A stretch of DNA of 64,000 nt from Haliotis rufescens (Eukaryota): positions 64,046,001-64,110,000 of the forward strand of contig NW_025964112.1 in NCBI RefSeq assembly GCF_023055435.1, written 5' to 3'. How positions within the stretch are numbered: position 1 is the stretch's first letter; each line of letters starts with the position of its first letter. The position numbers and the translations under genes were made by a program. The notes under the pieces are model-generated. The model did no database searches, had not been told where the DNA came from, and was given only the letters and a program-made list of their open reading frames with translations. Positions 37,302-51,713 of the stretch are shown here, one piece after another.

Positions 37302-37821
37302 TAAGCATGGGAGATCAACAGTGAACTTTCCTTTGCCGCCATGTTGTTGTTTTTAACAAATATAAACATATTTGCCTCCGCATGTTGTCCGGTGTTAATG
37401 AGAAATCAAAGTTCTGAAGCCTGTTATAAGAATGTAACGGAGTTATGCCACGTCATCACTTTCAAATCAGATCGCTGATACTAAACAGCATGAAAGAGTG
37501 AGAGAGTGAGTGAGTGAGGTAGTTGGGTTTGACGCTTCGTTGAACATATTGCCGTTTTATCACCATGCATCAGCTTGATGTGGGTGCAGGACTCGAAGTG
37601 ATACAGGTCATAGTAATTTACCACTTTGGTGAAACCCTAGAACACGGTTATGATGATGAAACACATAATCAAGGTGATCTCGGATTCGAACCCATCACCA
37701 TTAAAGAACGTCAGTTAATACGTTCGTAGCATTTGACTTCATCCGTGCCTGGTTAGAACTACAGGAAGTCCATGCTGACAACACCGCCATGACTGGTGGC
37801 ATCTGCCTCCGTCGTAACGCT

Positions 37822-40800
37822 GTTCGGGGCTTTAGTGGATGTTCGGGGCTGTAGTTGATGTTCAGGGCTGTAGTGGATGTTCGGGGCTGTAGTGGATGTT
37901 CGGGGCTGTAGTGGATGTTCGGGGCTGTAGTGGATGTCCGGGGCTGTAGTGGATGTTCGGGGCTGTAGTGGATGTTCGGGGCTGTGGTGGATGTTCGGGG
38001 CTGTAGTGGATGTTCGGGGCTGTAGTGGATGTTCGGGGCTGTAGTGGATGTTCGGGGCTGTGGTGGATGTCCGGGGCTGTAGTAGATGTTCGGGGCTGTA
38101 GTAGATGTCCGGGGCTGTAGTGGATGTTCGGGGCTGTAGTGGGTGTTCGGGGCTGTAGTGGATGTTCGGGGCTGTAGTGGATGTTCGGGGCTGTAGTGGA
38201 TGTTCGGGGCTGTAGTTGATGTTCGGGGCTGTAGTGGATGTTTGGGGCTGTAGTGGATGTTCGGGGCTGTGGTTTAATGTTCGGGGCTGTAGTGGATGTT
38301 CGGGGCTGTAGTGGATGTTCGGGGCTGTAGTGGATGTTCGGGGCTGTGGTGGATGTTCGGGGCTGTAGTGGATGTTCGGGGCTGTAGTGGATGTTCGGGG
38401 CTGTAGTGGATGTTCGGGGCTGTGGTGGATGTCCGGGGCTGTAGTAGATGTTCGGGGCTGTAGTAGATGTCCGGGGCTGTAGTGGATGTTCGGGGCTGTA
38501 GTGGATGTCCGGGGCTGTAGTGGATGTTCGGGGCTGTAGTGGATGTTCGGGGCTGTGGTGGATGTTCGGGGCTGTAGTGGATGTTCGGGGCTGTAGTGGA
38601 TGTTCGGGGCTGTAGTGGATGTTCGGGGCTGTGGTGGATGTCCGGGGCTGTAGTAGATGTTCGGGGCTGTAGTAGATGTCCGGGGCTGTAGTGGATGTTC
38701 GGGGCTGTAGTGGGTGTTCGGGGCTGTAGTGGATGTTCGGGGCTGTAGTGGATGTTCGGGGCTGTAGTGGATGTTCGGGGCTGTAGTTGATGTTCGGGGC
38801 TGTAGTGGATGTTTGGGGCTGTAGTGGATGTTCGGGGCTGTGGTTTAATGTTCGGGGCTGTAGTGGATGTTCGGGGCTGTAGTGGATGTTCGGGGCTGTA
38901 GTGGATGTTCGGGGCTGTGGTGGATGTTCGGGGCTGTAGTGGATGTTCGGGGCTGTAGTGGATGTTCGGGGCTGTGGTGGATGTTCGGGGCTGTAGTGGA
39001 TGTTCGGGGCTGTAGTGGATGTTCGGGGCTGTAGTGGATGTTCGGGGCTGTGGTGGATGTCCGGGGCTGTAGTAGATGTTCGGGGCTGTAGTAGATGTCC
39101 GGGGCTGTAGTGGATGTTCGGGGCTGTAGTGGGTGTTCGGGGCTGTAGTGGATGTTCGGGGCTGTAGTGGATGTTCGGGGCTGTAGTGGATGTTCGGGGC
39201 TGTAGTTGATGTTCGGGGCTGTAGTGGATGTTTGGGGCTGTAGTGGATGTTCGGGGCTGTGGTTTAATGTTCGGGGCTGTAGTGGATGTTCGGGGCTGTA
39301 GTGGATGTTCGGGGCTGTAGTGGATGTTCGGGGCTGTAGTGGATGTTCGGGGCTGTGGTGGATGTCCGGGGCTGTAGTGGATGTTCGGGGCTGTAGTGGA
39401 TGTTCGGGGCTGTAGTGGATGTTCGGGGCTGTAGTGGGTGTTCGGGGCTGTAGTGGATGTTCGGGGCTGTAGTTGATGTCCGGGGCTGTAGTGGATGTTT
39501 GGGGCTGTAGTGGATGTTCGGGGCTGTAGTGGATGTTCGGGGCTGTAGTGGATGTTCGGGGCTGTAGTGGATGTTCGGGGCTGTGGTGGATGTTCGGGGC
39601 TGTAGTGGATGTTCGGGGCTGTAGTGGATGTTCGGGGCTGTAGTGGATGTTCGGGGCTGTGGTGGATGTCCGGGGCTGTAGTAGATGTTCGGGGCTGTAG
39701 TAGATGTTTGGGGCTGTAGTGGATGTTCGGGGCTGTAGTGGGTGTTCGGGGCTGTAGTGGATGTTCGGGGCTGTAGTGGATGTTCGGGGCTGTAGTGGAT
39801 GTTCGGGGCTGTAGTTGATGTTCGGGGCTGTAGTGGATGTTTGGGGCTGTAGTGGATGTTCGGGGCTGTGGTTTAATGTTCGGGGCTGTAGTGGATGTTC
39901 GGGGCTGTAGTGGATGTTCGGGGCTGTAGTGGATGTTCGGGGCTGTAGTGGATGTTCGGGGCTGTGGTGGATGTCCGGGGCTGTAGTGGATGTTCGGGGC
40001 TGTAGTGGATGTTCGGGGCTGTAGTGGATGTTCGGGGCTGTAGTGGGTGTTCGGGGCTGTAGTGGATGTTCGGGGCTGTAGTTGATGTCCGGGGCTGTAG
40101 TGGATGTTTGGGGCTGTAGTGGATGTTCGGGGCTGTGGTTTAATGTTCGGGGCTGTAGTGGATGTTCGGGGCTGTAGTGGATGTTCGGGGCTGTAGTGGA
40201 TGTTCGGGGCTGTGGTGGATGTCCGGGGCTGTAGTGGATGTTCGGGGCTGTAGTGGATGTTCGGGGCTGTAGTGGATGTTCGGGGCTGTAGTGGGTGTTC
40301 GGGGCTGTAGTGGATGTTCGGGGCTGTAGTGGATGTCCGGGGCTGTAGTGGGTGTTCGGGGTCACTGTGGGTGTTCGGGGTCATTGTTGGTGTTCGGGGT
40401 TATTGCGGGTGTTCGGCGTTATTGTGGGTGTTCGGGATTAGTGTGGATAATTGGGGACATTGTGGGTGTTCAGGGTTAGTGTGGGTAATCGGGGTTTTTG
40501 TGGGTGTTCGGGGTTAGTGTGTGTGTTCGGGGTTAGTGTGGGTGTTCGGGGTTAGTGTGGGTAATCGGGGTTTTTGTGGGTGTTCGGGGTTAGTGTGGGT
40601 GTTCGGGGTTAGTGTGGGTGTTCGGGGTTAGTGTGGGTAATCGGGGTCATTGTGGGTGTTCGGGGTTAGTGTGGGTGTTCGGGGTTAGTGTGGATGTTTC
40701 GGGGTCATTGTGAGTGTTCGGGGTCATTGTGGATGTTCGCGGTCATTGTGGGTGTTCGCGGTCATTGTGGGTGTTCGGGGTTAGTGTGGATGTTTCGGGG

Positions 40801-40935
40801 TCATTGTGAGTGTTCGCGGTCATTGTGGGTGTTCGCGGTTATTGTGGGTGTTCGGGGTTATTGTGGGTGTTTGGGCTGCTGTGGGTGTTCGGGGTTATTG
40901 TGGGTGTTCGGGCTGTTGTGGATGTTCGGGGCTGC
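37822..40935. repeat. 19-bp satellite GGCTGTAGTGGATGTTCGG with higher-order variant blocks
   Basis: Tandem copies; degenerate right end. Confidence 0.95.
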
Positions 40936-42807
40936 TGTACTGGACAACACATCAATTATAGGTCACGTGTTTAAGGAATGCTTGAAACCAGATCCACGTT
41001 GGGCATGAATCCATATTCACGCAGAACCAAAACTCGATTCTGATTAGAGGTTTCAAAGCACAATAACACACCTCTGATCAAAATAGCCGTCGTACTAATG
41101 GCTATCGATATTTTTGTAAAGCAACATTAAATTCCTAAAATGTAGGGAAAAAAATAATAATATAAAAGTATAATTTAATTTATTTTAAGAGTAGCATGTG
41201 CAACAAACACCACACCCACAGAACGACACCAGTAAGCACAACTACCTTCTTTAACATCATATGGGTATTTGACGTGCACCGAGCTCAAAGTGGCCTCATC
41301 AAGCAAAACATTGTTCTTGGTAGCGCAGTATGGTTTGGGTGACTTTTACTGACGCTTCTAGCAATAAAGGAATTCCAAACTTCAACTATTCTCCCCCGGC
41401 ATTGCTTCCGGCAGGACAGGGCCTGCTTACCCTTTTGGCGAACACCTGGTGTCATCACCGTTATCAGTGATCCATTCTATAATGTTCACCCTATTTTGCT
41501 TTTTATACCCACTGGAATCTGTTTCAGATAATCGATACTGGTTATTCTCTGGTTTTGACATTTAATATTTACGAAAAGAATGTTTACAAAACGTCTTAAT
41601 ATCTTTAACCTTGCTTCCATTCTGTTTGTATTTTACATTTAATGTAACGTTATGCGAAGCACTGTATAATTTATTCAAAGATGATTGTACAATTTACTTT
41701 AGTGGACAGAACCAAGCAACAAGCCGTGTTTGCGGACAGATAGCAAGGGCGGGTCCAGTATTCTGAAAAGGGAGGGGTCCAAAATATCAATGGATCGTAT
41801 CTGTAACACTACAGGTCAAGTTATAAATTATTTGAAATTATCATGATTGTGTGTTTGGTTGAATGCCGCTTTGAACAGTGTTTCAGCAATTTCACAGCGT
41901 TCCAGCAGGATGTGAAGATCATAATTATGAAGGGCAGGATATCATATTAAAACTGCCAAAATTCAAAAGATACTAAATTACCACTCTAAATGTTATTAAG
42001 AATAATCGTATCCATTGTATATTAATTCCAACAATTTAGCCAAATGGCCGCCGCATAGTGGATCGTAGTGTTAAAAATTCGGATATAATGTCCATGTACA
42101 AGAATTAATGACACTTGTGATGGGGCAATCTTTAATATTTTTAAAACCTGGTCACTAGATTTATGAGTGTACGTATTTGAATGGTTAACGCAACAGCAAT
42201 ATTTCAACTATATGACGGCGGTCTGTATATAATCCAGCATGGACAAGACAATCCAGTGATTGATGTTATGAGCAACAATCCACGGCGTCGGGGTACGATG
42301 ACACACGTAGGACCATGTCGCCGAGACTGGCTACTACGTCGCCCCCTCAAGGAGACTGCAATGGTGGCCATGTTAGAAATCGGAATGGAATTTCGTGAGC
42401 ACGCATACATATTCCTGAGATCATCCATGCAACCTCCGCTCAGGTTGAGGCGAGTAACAACACCTGCAGATGTTCATGAGCACTGCATTCGATAGTTTAC
42501 ATTAGTTGGTTTCCGTTTTAAACAAAACATATAGAGACAACATGATTCTAAATAACAGCGCATGATGAACAAACATGAACACATTACGGGTATGATAGCA
42601 TGGTAAATATAGGCCTTCCTGATCAATGTCACTTCCAGTGATGATAAAAAACAGCCGTCACCTTGATCTCAACAGTTACAGTTGTCTGGTCATCGATCAC
42701 CAAATCGGTCGAACTGAAACCCTAGGTTCCTTATTCTCCATTTATGCGTCGTACTTGTTAGTTTGAAGTACATCACAAATGCATATTAGTTTGTGGTGTG
42801 CCATTCA

Positions 42808-43735
42808 TAGGTTGCAGTAAAACATGAATACATGTTAAGTTGAAGCAAAACGTGAATACTTGTAGGTTGCAGTAAAATGTGAATACTTGCAAGGTTGCAG
42901 TAAAATGTGAATACTTGCAAGGTTGCAGTAAAATGTGAATACTTGCAAGGTTGCAGTAAAATGTGAACACTTGCAAGGTTGCAGTAAAATGTGAATGCTT
43001 GTTTGATTGTAGTAAAACAGTAATACTTAAGATTCAGTAAAACATGAATATGTGTTAGGTTGCTGTAAAACATGAATACTTGTTGAATTGAAGTAAAACG
43101 TGAATACTTGTAGGTTGCAGTAAAATCTGAATACTTGATAGGTTGAAGTAAAAGGTGAATACCTGCAAGGTTGTAGTAAAATGTGAATACTTGCTAGGTT
43201 GTAGTAAAATGCGAATACTTGTTGGGTTGCAGTAAAATGTGAATACTTGTTAAATTGAAGTAAAATGTGAATACTTCCTAGGTTGCAGTAAAACGTGAAT
43301 ATTTGCGAGGTTGCTGTAAAAGATGAATATTTGCGATGTTTTGTAAAAGATGAATAATAACTAGTTGTATTAAAACATGAACATTTGTTAGGTGACAGTA
43401 AAAGATGAATACTTGCTAGGTTGCAGTAAAATGTGAATACTTGCGAGATAGCTGTAAAAGATGAATACTTGCTAGGTTGCTGTAAAAGATGAATACTTGC
43501 TAGGTTGCTGTAAAAGATGAATACGTGCTAGGTTGCTGTAAAACATGAATACTTGCTAGGTTGCTGTAAAACATGAATACTTGCGAGGTTGCGTTAAAAC
43601 ATGAATAAATGTTTGATTGTAGTAAAACAGTAATACTTGTTTCGTTGTCGTATACGAATACTTGTTTGGTTCCAGTAAAAGATGAATACTTGCTAGGTTG
43701 CAGTAAAAGATGAATACTTGCTAGGTTGCTGTAAA
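42808..43735. repeat. 28-bp minisatellite AGGTTGCAGTAAAATGTGAATACTTGCA
   Basis: Tandem copies. Confidence 0.9.
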
Positions 43736-45364
43736 GAAAAAACGACTAAACCCTCTCCGTACTCACAAGAAATCTCTGCTAAAAGCAGGGTCGATTGTAC
43801 GATTCGAAAAGTATCATGAGCATGCGTTTATGAATCAGCGATGATACCGGATGTTCGCAAAAAGGTGACTTCCGTCAAAAACACATGCAAAGGCAAGTCA
43901 ATTTTTCACCCGAAAAAAACAACACGGGAACATTTGGCACAAGTCAAAATAGTGAACTGCATCGAAAGGTTACATCATTCAAGGCCTAAAGCTTTAAAAA
44001 GTATTATGGTTGACGCGTGGGGAACATTTCCAAATTTGACGAACCAGCGACAAAAATAATGTCCGATGCAATTCCCCATTTTGACCATATGTTACCTTGT
44101 TACCTCAGGTGAACGTCTGACTTGCCTTTACAAGCGTTTGTGACGGATGCCACTGGTAGGGCAGGAACACCTGATATCATCACTCTTTGACAGTGATTCA
44201 TAAACACATGATACAGTCGGAATCCTACATGGATTCTTCGTTTAGCAGATATGTCTTATGTTAAGAGTTTTGTCGCTTTTGTTTACCTGTTTTCACATAT
44301 GATCTGAGATATGGGGATGTCTTTGTGCAGGACCGATTGAAAGGGAGCACACTAAATACCGTATAAGACTTTTGTATTTGCCGAAACCAGCCTCTGACGG
44401 CGATGCACTTACTGAAATCCCAAAAAACTCACACTGTATATTACGTTCAAGTGTATCAAGTATACGACAGAGTTGTTGAACCTTAATAATCAAAAACCTG
44501 TAAAACAGACCTGTCCAGTGACGTATAGCCTGGATGAAATAGAACGCACCTCATGGGTCACGTATGTGAAGGATATTTTGTTCAAACGTGGGTTTGGTAA
44601 GGGCTAGATACCTCTAGAAATTGGAAACCTCTAGACATTGGAAACCAAGACTTCTTTCCAAGGTCTAATTGACTGCAAGCAGGATCAATGGCATCATGTA
44701 AAATGCTATTTCTAAACTATAAAGTTACTCTAGATTAAAATCAATATTGGATGAAGAATTGTTTCTGTTCGAATGCTGCTGTTCGCCGAGGACTTCCCGA
44801 TTCAGACACGGATGAGACAATGAAACGATAGAGCTTTGAAGACACACAAGAACCGACCAGGCAAATTGACAAAAGTTAATACATGGTAGAAATTATGCAG
44901 TTGCAGCCCATGATAGGTTTGTAAGTCGCATGTTACCGTGTGCACAAATACTGGTTACCGTTGTTTATCATGCAATGAGAAACGCAATAGAAAAAACAAC
45001 AACATAATTCTGTGTAATTTAAAAAGCCTCAGAATCCATTTGCTTAAAAAAAATACTTATTCCCCTCAATAACAAGTCTCGGCGGCAATATGGACATGTT
45101 CATCATACAGAGTATTTCGTGAGCAAAGCCTTTGACATTGAGACATGAGCATAATAGACAACATGCCTGAAGCACGTATTTATTGATAATCATTTCAACT
45201 CTTCCATTTCAAGAGGCCATATGATGCAAATCACTGTGTTGTATCCTTGGACAAGGTAATTGACTCCACTTGCCCCGCTGTGATGTGACTGAAACGGTTG
45301 TCGACTGTGGTGTGACACGGTCAGATTTACAACTCTTCGCAAATCTAAAACAACAATAACATTA

Positions 45365-45529
45365 CAGTAAACTACGGTTATAACGAACTCAAAGGGACCC
45401 CTTATTTTAGTTCGTAATAACCGTAGTTCGTTATTAGCGTATATACAACAAATAGGTGGGACCAAAATATACAGTTAGTTATATCCGTCAGTTCGTTATA
45501 AGCGTGTTCGTTATAGCCGTAGTTTACTG
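45365..45529. mobile_element. MITE (pogo/Tigger-like ends)
   Basis: Inverted ends CAGTAAACTACGGTTATAACGAAC / GTTCGTTATAGCCGTAGTTTACTG with flanking TA; internal GTTCGTTAT repeats. Confidence 0.85.
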
Positions 45530-46011
45530 TATTGTCTGGCAAGCATTATGCATATGGTGATGACATCATTTCTGTTGTTGAGGACTTTTTACACCAGAAG
45601 GGGGTCTTCTACACAAGTGGGATCCACGGGCTCTCCAGAATCGTAAGCAGAAGTGTATGGGGGCTTATGTTGACAAATAATTAGCAGTCCATTACATTTG
45701 GTTCAGAACTTTTCAGCCACCCCTAATATTATGAAAGAATGTGGAATTATCAATAAACCCTCTCTTTTTTAATAGCCGATTTCAATCTTGACATTACACT
45801 TCAGTCTTTGCATCTCATCCATTGGCCTTCCACGTATTGGTATTCGAAGCCAGGGTAGGTCACTAGTACCCAATAGCTGTCTACCTATTGAGATTCAAGG
45901 ACAGACTACATACCATGCTTGCCTCTGTTGGGATTCAAGGTCAACAAATGTTCCATGCGTGGTGGTTTACACAGCAACCACAACTGAACTTGGGCGGTTA
46001 TAATGAGTGGC

Positions 46012-46280
46012 TTGGCTGATTGGGTCATGGCTGATTGTGTCATGGCTGATTGTGTCATGGCAGATTGTTACATGGCTGATTGTGACAATTCTGATTGTGC
46101 CATGGCTGGTTGTGCCATGGATGATTGTGTCATGGCGGATTGTGACATGGCTGATTGTGTCATGGCTGATTGTTACATGGCTGATTGTGACAATTCTGTT
46201 TGTGCCATGGCTAGTTGTGTCATGGATGATTGTGTCATGGCTGATTGTGACATGGCTGATTGTGTCATGGCTGGTTGTGT
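46012..46280. repeat. 15-bp minisatellite TGTCATGGCTGATTG
   Basis: Tandem copies. Confidence 0.9.
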
Positions 46281-46910
46281 ATCCATGCTCTTGGTTCACA
46301 TCTGATCTACCATGTTTTTGTCTGGAATAAAATTGACAGGCCATAGAAGTAAAAACAATTCTGATGATACCCAAGTTATCATCATACACTCAAAGCTCCA
46401 TCAGTCTTGATATTTTAGGCAGTGTACAAATGTATCTGTGAAATTTAAGAGTTGTTTGTGTTTCCAAATCGAAACAGCATGTTAACCCAGAAATATGTAC
46501 GTAAAACAATTTAGTGTGAAACCAACAATCAACAAATGGTATACAATCAACAGTTGTATTACAAAATTAACTAGGTTTACAAATCAATACAAGTTACTGC
46601 ACAGCAAGTACAGTGGCAGTACACAATGGAGTGGTAGTACAATATTTAATGGCAGTATAGATTGTGAGAGGAGTGGAAGTGACAATGACAAAAATAATAA
46701 TCACCTCGCTACAATAGTGGTCAAGCTTCCAGGATATACCTAGGATACCAAGGTGAAAAGTGATCTTTACAAGAAAGCTGGTCCTGATGTAATGTCAGAT
46801 GAAATGTGAGATAATATGGTCTAACTAGGTTCCAGCACTTTCCACACAATGCTTGACAAGTCCAGTGTCACTAGAACATCACAGAATATTCCAAATGTTT
46901 CTGTAACGCT

Positions 46911-47155
46911 TGGGTTTAATGCCGCTATTAACAGTACTCCAGTCATATAACCAGGAAAGCCCGAAGTGATGCAGGTCTCCGACGTTTACCACTTCAGTGA
47001 AACCCACGAGCATGGGTATGGTGCTGACAAACCTAGAAGCAATATCAGGGCGAACCGGGATTTGAACCCACAATCATAGGTTTCTGGCATCCTAAGGGAC
47101 GTAACTCTGCACAGCGAATCGTAGCCCCTTAGACGACTGGACCAACTGTGCCCCC
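46911..47155 (-). mobile_element. SINE family A copy inserted in the 3' LTR
   Basis: Reverse complement aligns to family A. Confidence 0.85.
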
Positions 47156-50144
47156 TCGACAGAAACAATGTAATGCAGTTATAATCACTGATCAACAACA
47201 CATTCCACAGCCATATAACACTTTCCCCCTATGGAGAAAGAAAGTTTGAACAAGGTGAGAACTTTCTTTGCTGATAAAAGTACAAAAGCTGCGTAGTACA
47301 GCAAATAATAGTAAACATTATACATGATAACTATGAGAAACGTTAACAAAAATGCAAATCTTATTTGCATCCAAGCAACTGGAGACGTTGCATCTGCAAT
47401 AACGTTGTCTTCGCCTTTGATATGCTTGATGTCTGAATCAAATTCTTGCCAAGACAAGCTCCAGCGCATTGGGAGTTGGTTTTTGTTTTTCATTTTATGA
47501 AGAAAGGACATGGATTGTGATCAGTGTACACTTGCAAAGGAAACAAAGAAGTACACAAGAACACAAAGCTAACAACAGAGCATTAGTTTCTATTTTAGTG
47601 GTGGAATAATTTCTCTGATGTTTGTCAAATTTTCATGAACAATAACAAACAGGATGAATAAAGCCTGGTGCGTCTTCCTGCAACAGGACAGCCCCAGCAC
47701 CAATGTCACAAGCATCTAGTGCCAATTCGAAATATTTTTTTAAATGATTTGAAGGTTTGGTGCTTTGATAACAGGAGAATTTATGAGAATGACTTTAATT
47801 TTCTCACAAGCAGTCTGACAATTGCTGTCCCAAACAAGTTGCACCTTAATGCCAAGCAAATTAGTGAGCGGGACTACCACATGTGAGAAATTTTGACAAA
47901 ATTTATGTTAGTAACCAGCCATACCCAGAAATCTCATGTTCCTTTTTGATTAGTGGAATTTTAAATAGCTTTCACCTTTGCTTGTACGGGCTGTACCTAA
48001 CCTTGGCCTATGACGCCTAAAACTTTTTTAAGTGCCTGTGCAAATTCACTTTTCACTAAATTTACATTCGAATTGGTTTCTGTGAGTCTCTCGATGAAGG
48101 CATGGATCCTCTCCAGGTGTTCGTCCCACACCATGGCATGACTGATGACATCGTCAACGTAGGCTTTGACACCCTGTAATATCATTGATAAGACGCAGGA
48201 AGGTGGCTGCAGCGTTCTTGAACCCAACTGGCATCACTTTATATTGATGAAGTCCACCTGGAGTCGCAAGAGCTTGGCATGCTCAGACAGTGGAATCGGC
48301 CAATAACCCTTGAGTGCGTTTAAACGTGCACGAACAGAAAGGCCAAAGACAACGTCTGAAGACAGCTGAACTGACTCCACAGCAAACAATAACAAATGAA
48401 TGCCTTTATCCCAATCCTCCTGAGTCTCAGAACAGCAAGTCCTTATCATATTGTAAAGAGTCTGATGACACCTCTCAAAAGCTCCTTGAGATTCAGGATG
48501 ATATGCAGGAGATTTTATGTGACTTATGCCTAACTGGTGCATAGCCTGTTGGAAAACACCTCAGATGAAATTAGAGCCCTGATCTGACTGTATAGTCCGA
48601 GGCAAACTAACCATAGTGAAGAACGTTACCAAAGCCTTGATAATAACCTGAGCTGTAAAAGGAATAGCGTCCGGAAACCTTGTGGAAGCACACCTGATAG
48701 TAATCAGGTGCTGATTTCCTGACTTCGTTTAATGCAAAGGACCAACACAATCAATGATGGCCCTGCTAAAAGGGTTCTTCAAAAGATTGAATGTGTTTCA
48801 AAGGTGCGGCTGGGATTTTCTGATTAGGTTTGCCAACTATTTGACACACGACATGTTTTGTATCAGCCACATCATGACACAAATTAGGCCCAAAGAAATG
48901 AGACAGAATTTTGTCACGTGTTTTGCTTGCATCCACGCTATCCTTGAAATAATAGCAAACTGTAACCTTGTCTGCTTCTCCTAAAGAGGGTGCCCTGTTG
49001 GCAAGAACACCGAGTTCTCGGTCTTCCCCTGTAACTTAACTGCCCCCAACCCTGAACTGGTTCCTCAACAGCCACTGTCAGAATGTTTAGAAAGGTCAAA
49101 TGAATGATCCATAAAGGTGCCAGTCAAATCATAACTGGAACCATTCTCAGAAGAATTTGGCTTAGCCTTAGCACGAGTAACACTACACGAACAAAAAATA
49201 CCTGAAATTTCTTTTTCTTCAGTACTTTCCGAAGTGCTGGTCTCAAGACAATCAACAGGATCAGTCAAACATCTTCCCTCTGCCAAACCTTTTCCAATGA
49301 GCAAGTCTAGACCTTTAACAAGTCGAGCTTCTATAGCCCCCACCTCCACCAACCCAGACACCAAATCTGTCTTCAAATTCACAAAATGGAGAGGTGCACT
49401 GGTAAAACCACATAAAGAATCTAACAAAACCTCAGAGTTCACTGATGGCTCCTCAGAAAGAATCAAAATACCATCCAAAATCAGAGTTTGAAGAGCACAA
49501 GTATCCCTCAAAACGGTAATAGGCATAACATTGGAACTGTCACCTTTAACTGACACAACCCCTTTACTAACTGAAGGTAAGTATACAAGTAGGCTGTGAC
49601 TCGACATTCACAGAAGCATTTGGGAAGAGCTTTCTACACTCAGAAATTATATGCCCTGGCTTGCGGCAATATCTACAAATAGGCTCTGACGAAAATCCAG
49701 AGGTATCTTCAGAACCAACTGGAGTGGAACTTGACTTTTTGTCAACAAACTCAGAACCAGACTTGTTAGAACTAGATCTAGGCAGGGATGAACTATCCTT
49801 TCCTGATTTGTAACCCTGCAAACTCTTGCCAGTAAACCTTGGCTGCTTAAAACTAATCTTGTGAGTTAGAGAATACTCATCAGACAAGGCAGCAGCTTTC
49901 AATCTCAACTTTTCTTTCTCAGCTTCTTTTTTCTTTCTTTTCAAGCAGAATATCTGAAGCCAATTTTTCTCCTTCAAGTTCTAATTTGTTCAGTCAAGGC
50001 CAAAACATCATCATTATCCAAAATTTCTTCCCCAACCAAGTGTGTAATCAAAGTTTTCTTGACATCGGCTATAATTATACCCGATTTGACGTCAAGTTTG
50101 TAATATTTGGCCATGTGGACCAGTTCAGACTTTTTTCAGCAGAG

Positions 50145-50300
50145 TGAGTGAGTGAGTTTGATGTCATGCCGCTTTTAACAATATTCCAGCAATATCATGG
50201 AGGGGGACACCAGAAATGGGCTTCGCCCATTGTACCCATGTCAGGAATCGAACCCGGGTCTTCGGCGTGACAAGCGAACGGTTTAACCACTAGGCTATCT
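50145..50300 (-). mobile_element. SINE family B inserted in the gag region of the LTR element
   Basis: Family B sequence; 12-bp TSD TTTTCAGCAGAG. Confidence 0.85.
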
Positions 50301-51002
50301 GATAATAATCCTATTTTCAGCAGAGACTTGTTCCATAGAAGGTTGGCTAACGAACTCCTTCACACTAAACACCATAGTGATTGTTGGCTTCTCTCAATAT
50401 TAGACAATGACATGTTTATCCAATAAGTGATATATTAAATTTCGATCTCGGACATGACCCCAATTTCTGTTATGTGTCGATTCCCAAATTGAAACATGTT
50501 AACCCAGAAATCTGTATGTAAAACAATTAAGTGTGAAACCAACAAACAACAAATATAATACAATCAACAATTGTATTACAAAACTAACTATGCTATGTTA
50601 AAATACCTCTGAATTTTTTAAAATATGAACACAACCCCAATTTTAACAAAATAACAATGTTTCCTAATTTGCCTGCCTTGAACTTACTTTTTAAACCCAG
50701 ATGAAATCCCCTGAATATATTGACACAATATAATGTGGGAGGAAGGGCCAAAGTGATGCAAGTTACATTTACCACTGGTGATACGGTGCTTCATTGGGTT
50801 CATGCTTGCAAACAAAGAATCATAATCAGGGTGAATTTCCAATCCACCCCAGATTCTGGCACAACTAAGGGCCACCACTCTGCAAAGAGCTGCACAGCAA
50901 ATTGTGATGCATTGCAGAACTGTTCCACCTCTGCCCCATAAGAAATAATAATACAGGCTCACCAATAGTCACTTAATCATCAAGCATCAGTGATGGATCA
51001 AT

Positions 51003-51180
51003 GTTTGTTTGTTGTTTAACGCTGCACTCAGCAATACTACCGCTACATGATGGCGGTTTGAAAATAATCGAGTCTTGACCAGACAATCCAGTGATTGATA
51101 TCATGAGCATTGACCCACGCAATGGGATACGCTGACATGCATGAACCAAGTCGGCGAGCCTGACCACCCGATCCTGTTGG
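51003..51180 (-). mobile_element. Family C, 5'-truncated
   Basis: Aligns to the 3' two-thirds of family C. Confidence 0.8.
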
Positions 51181-51713
51181 TCACTAACTCTGAGGTGAGG
51201 TGAGGTTGTGTGTGGTTTTTGTGTGTTATATAGGTTTTATAGTGCTAGCCCACAGAGATACCATGTCACACTTTAACATGGATACCCCATTGAGGCTAGT
51301 AAACTGACACGGAGCCGACCAGTACTTGTTATATCCCCCTCGTGCTGAGTGCCAGGCAGGGAAACAAGTACCATCTTTTGTCTTTTGGTAGGATGCGACC
51401 AGGATTGAACCACTGACCTTCCACTCTGAGCAGAGGCTCTATCCACTAGACCACATAGTTGATTCCACTCCAGAGGAAGTTTACATGGAAACAGTTGGTT
51501 TAAACTGGGCTACTGGGTTCACTGAGAATTGTTTTATAACAACACAGTCAGTTCCTGCAAGTCCCAAGGTTCTTTTCATAGTCTTATACAGAATCATTTG
51601 GTACAATTTATACCCGAGTTTACAACAGCAGTTTTATTAAATAGTGACTGGGTGCCACTTTGCTGCTATTCTTAGAGATGGTTTTTTTGGGTAGAAAGAA
51701 TTCATTTTAAGTA

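Larger units (their letters stand above)
46452..50592 (-). mobile_element. Decayed Gypsy-type LTR retrotransposon with Gmr1-like order (gag-PR-IN-RT-RH)
   Basis: Direct repeats 46452-46580 and 50468-50592; 3' LTR about 46452-47220, preceded by a purine tract; tRNA-Pro-like PBS near 50445-50463; CCHC knuckle CRYCRKPGHIISEC; protease LRDT; integrase IIDCVGPL, SDQGSNF, YHPESQGAFER; RT YVDD; RNase H segment ending NVIADA. Many stops and deletions. Confidence 0.88.

Noticed and set aside
37862-40384. 840-aa and 506-aa mucin-like ORFs
   Set aside because: Translations of a 19-bp satellite that give the same peptide in shifted frames; no signal peptide or splice context.
44300-44800. Possible old LINE remnant
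   Set aside because: Only vague similarity in broken frames; cannot be supported without a search.
46003-46305. Metallothionein-like MADCV repeat ORF
   Set aside because: Translation of a 15-bp minisatellite that is open in several frames.
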